From: Nitrospirota bacterium
GTDB lineage: Bacteria > Nitrospirota > UBA9217
Direction of reading: 5' to 3'
NCBI GenBank assembly: GCA_963737155.1
Contig: CAVTRN010000002.1
Span: 160,001-224,000, forward strand
DNA length: 64,000 nucleotides
Each line of letters begins with the position of its first letter. Position 1 is the first letter of the stretch. The notes beneath the pieces are model-generated. The model was not told the DNA's origin, did not search any database, and was given only the letters and a program-made list of their open reading frames with translations. Positions 61,790 to 64,000 of the stretch are shown here, in pieces. A program made the translations under genes and the position numbers.

Positions 61790-62347
61790 ATGTTATGTCC
61801 TTCATGCAAAGAAGAGATCCAGGCTGGTGCTATTATGTGCAAGCACTGCGGAAGAATGCTAAGTGCAGGTTCGAGCGTGGCTCAACTTAGCACAGTGCCA
61901 AAACAAACACAATCATTTCAAACTAAATTCAGTTTGTTGCCAAATGAAAAATTAATTATTGATGGGGTTATGACCTACAAGAAAAGCACTTTTGGAAATT
62001 ACATTTGCTCGTGCTATTTGACTAATCAAAGGTTAGTTGTGTGTGGCTTTGGTTTTAAAGGTGTCGCATTGCTTGGTCCCATTGCACAATTCATTCCATT
62101 GTTTATTAAATTAAAGAGCATTGCGTTTCAAATTCCGTGGGTCAATCTCTCAAGTCTGCAAAAAGGTAAACATGGCTTGGCGGATAAGCTAACATTTAAT
62201 ACGAATAATGGGGAAGAATATATACTAGTTATAGGCGCAAAAAAAGACCTATGGTATTCAGCATTAAAAAAAGTAACCGGTATCAACCTTAAACATAATG
62301 GGTCAATTGCTCATCGTGTACGTAAAAACTTTACTAAAATGTCATAA
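61790..62347 (+). CDS. Zinc-ribbon plus GRAM/PH-like domain protein
   Basis: CPSC...I...A..C.HCG N-terminus, then LLPNE....YLTNQRL. AAGGAG RBS. Confidence 0.78.
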   Translation: MLCPSCKEEIQAGAIMCKHCGRMLSAGSSVAQLSTVPKQTQSFQTKFSLLPNEKLIIDGVMTYKKSTFGNYICSCYLTNQRLVVCGFGFKGVALLGPIAQFIPLFIKLKSIAFQIPWVNLSSLQKGKHGLADKLTFNTNNGEEYILVIGAKKDLWYSALKKVTGINLKHNGSIAHRVRKNFTKMS

Positions 62348-63207
62348 AACAGGCTCTGATAGCGAATATTATCATTGAAAACTGGCTGAAAAAATAGACA
62401 GTCCGTTTTATACAAAGCGCTTTATCTTTCAAAGATATTTTCGGATAGAAAGGATAGGCTGGGAGTGCATAATTCAATTAGTAAATGAGTATCGTAGTGA
62501 GGGAAATGGTTTTATCAACCTACAATCATGCATAGTCAATTTTGTGACAAGGGCATAGATTACTGAATGAAACTTACACCATGGCACAAACATTGGGATT
62601 GTTTTGTAGTGAGATGATCGGGGTGGTAAAAGTAGAAATTAACTCAAGTATCCGACAGGGATTGCCGGCCGACTAATAACACCGCTGCTCTCACCAGGAT
62701 AAATCCCGTAATTTCTTTCATTGACGTTAACAGTCCTGCGGCAGGTTTTCATGAAATCCGTAAATCCCAACGAGTCGGAAGGTCTTCGGCGCAGTCTCCG
62801 GGGCCAGGCGACTTGCCACTACGCCGAGGTTGCACAGTTCGTAGATGGCTCAGGCAGCGGTTTTCTCGAGAAAGTTTCATCGAGCATCTCTACCTATTTC
62901 AAGCACAGGATGGCTTGAATCTATTTGGGAGCATCCTTGCGAATCGGCAGGGGATGCAGAATTTTGACAAAGACAATATCGGGCCTCTTAGCGATGATCT
63001 GCTCTTTGGAGTTTCTATATTCGGCTTAAGGTAAATCTGCACGGCATTTCTAGCTACAATGTCACCCCCAGCATGTCCCGCACTCCCCTCTTTCTAAAAA
63101 GTCGGCACGTAAAAAGGCCACTCACTCGAAACGAAGAGCATTAAAATCACTAAGGAAATTCGAAAATATAAAATAATTATTTAGCATCTCGATTGCGTTT
63201 GTCACCG

Positions 63208-64000
63208 TTAAACCTGGATAGGAAGAATGATTACCGGAATTCCCTGGCTATATAAGCTTCTCTGAACGGCGAAAATTGTATAGTTGTGGAATAAGCCGGA
63301 CAGTACGTTTGTGCTGGGGAATACCAACTGGCCACCGAAGAGGATGGTGTTCGGGAAGCGTTCAAGAATCTGCGGGGATAGGCAGGCGATTTCGTCAACA
63401 ACATCATTGCCGAACGAGGCATAGGAAGCGGAATAATATCCGTGGCACCGCATGTAGTGCACGTAGCGTTCCAGCTCTTTTTTTACGCTTTTTTTCATAT
63501 GGGACATTTCTTCCACACCCTTGAAATTCCCGGCATCCACAATGCCGACCTGGATGAAAACGAAATTATTAAAGGTTCCTCCAAAGAGACGTATGATACT
63601 GAAGAGCGTATGAAGTCCCAGACCGTTGAAGCCGTTTACGAGCAGGATCGCGGTCTTGTCCTCGGGATCGTACTTTATCTGATGTTCCGTTTCCGTATCA
63701 CCGTGTTTAATTGGGCATGAGGATTCCGCCACCGTCACCAGTTCATCAAGTCGCTTGAGGACATGCAGTGTGTTCTGATAGTGGCGCCGCGTCAGCAGGG
63801 CGATACAGATTAGCGTTCCGCTAAGTATCAAGGTGATCCATCCTCCCTCGTTGAACTTGATGATGGTCACCGTGACGAGGATAAAGAAGGTAAGAGTCAT
63901 ACCTATCCCGTTGATGAACAGCTTCTTCTCCCAGTGTTCCTCCTGTCCCCGAACCTGCCACCAATGACGTACCATACCGAACTGGGACAGGAAAAAGGTG
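63208..64000 (-). CDS. APC-family permease (YdaO/KimA-like), C-terminal part (5' end outside window)
   Basis: TFFLSQFGMVRHW...NGIG...KF.EGGW.T TM region followed by a soluble C-terminal domain. Confidence 0.85.
   Translation of the reverse strand, partial: TFFLSQFGMVRHWWQVRGQEEHWEKKLFINGIGMTLTFFILVTVTIIKFNEGGWITLILSGTLICIALLTRRHYQNTLHVLKRLDELVTVAESSCPIKHGDTETEHQIKYDPEDKTAILLVNGFNGLGLHTLFSIIRLFGGTFNNFVFIQVGIVDAGNFKGVEEMSHMKKSVKKELERYVHYMRCHGYYSASYASFGNDVVDEIACLSPQILERFPNTILFGGQLVFPSTNVLSGLFHNYTIFAVQRSLYSQGIPVIILPIQV

Overview
This is a bacterial accessory or plasticity region of moderate GC. Gene style suggests a Nitrospirota- or Desulfobacterota-like organism (inference only). It consists mostly of stand-alone genes: signalling proteins (LytS/LytTR pair, REC, REC-PilZ, GGDEF), a Geobacter-like type IV pilin, a Tat-exported HiPIP, two ~1000-aa Ig-repeat surface lipoproteins, an arsR-metallophosphoesterase-acr3 operon, a serpin, pstS, vapBC, cyanase, exported hydrolases and a ClC channel. 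These are interspersed with many mobile elements and decayed genes (intact IS1111-type IS110 and IS1182; damaged IS607, IS110, IS66, IS21, ISL3 and IS4/IS701-like elements; three tRNA 3' halves). There is no rRNA, intact tRNA or CRISPR array. The top signals are: (1) a hidden selenoprotein (DsbA-like, in-frame UGA in a UxxC motif, SECIS-like hairpin) directly abutting a MauG-like diheme peroxidase, next to a secreted protein that is about 22% Met, together a candidate periplasmic oxidant-handling module; (2) an IS110 whose 3' non-coding end shows a readable bridge-RNA fold with guides matching its own target and circle junction; (3) a ~500-aa Rep-like/wHTH protein that looks like an unclassified transposable element; (4) c-di-GMP-I-like leaders ahead of the giant adhesin genes.
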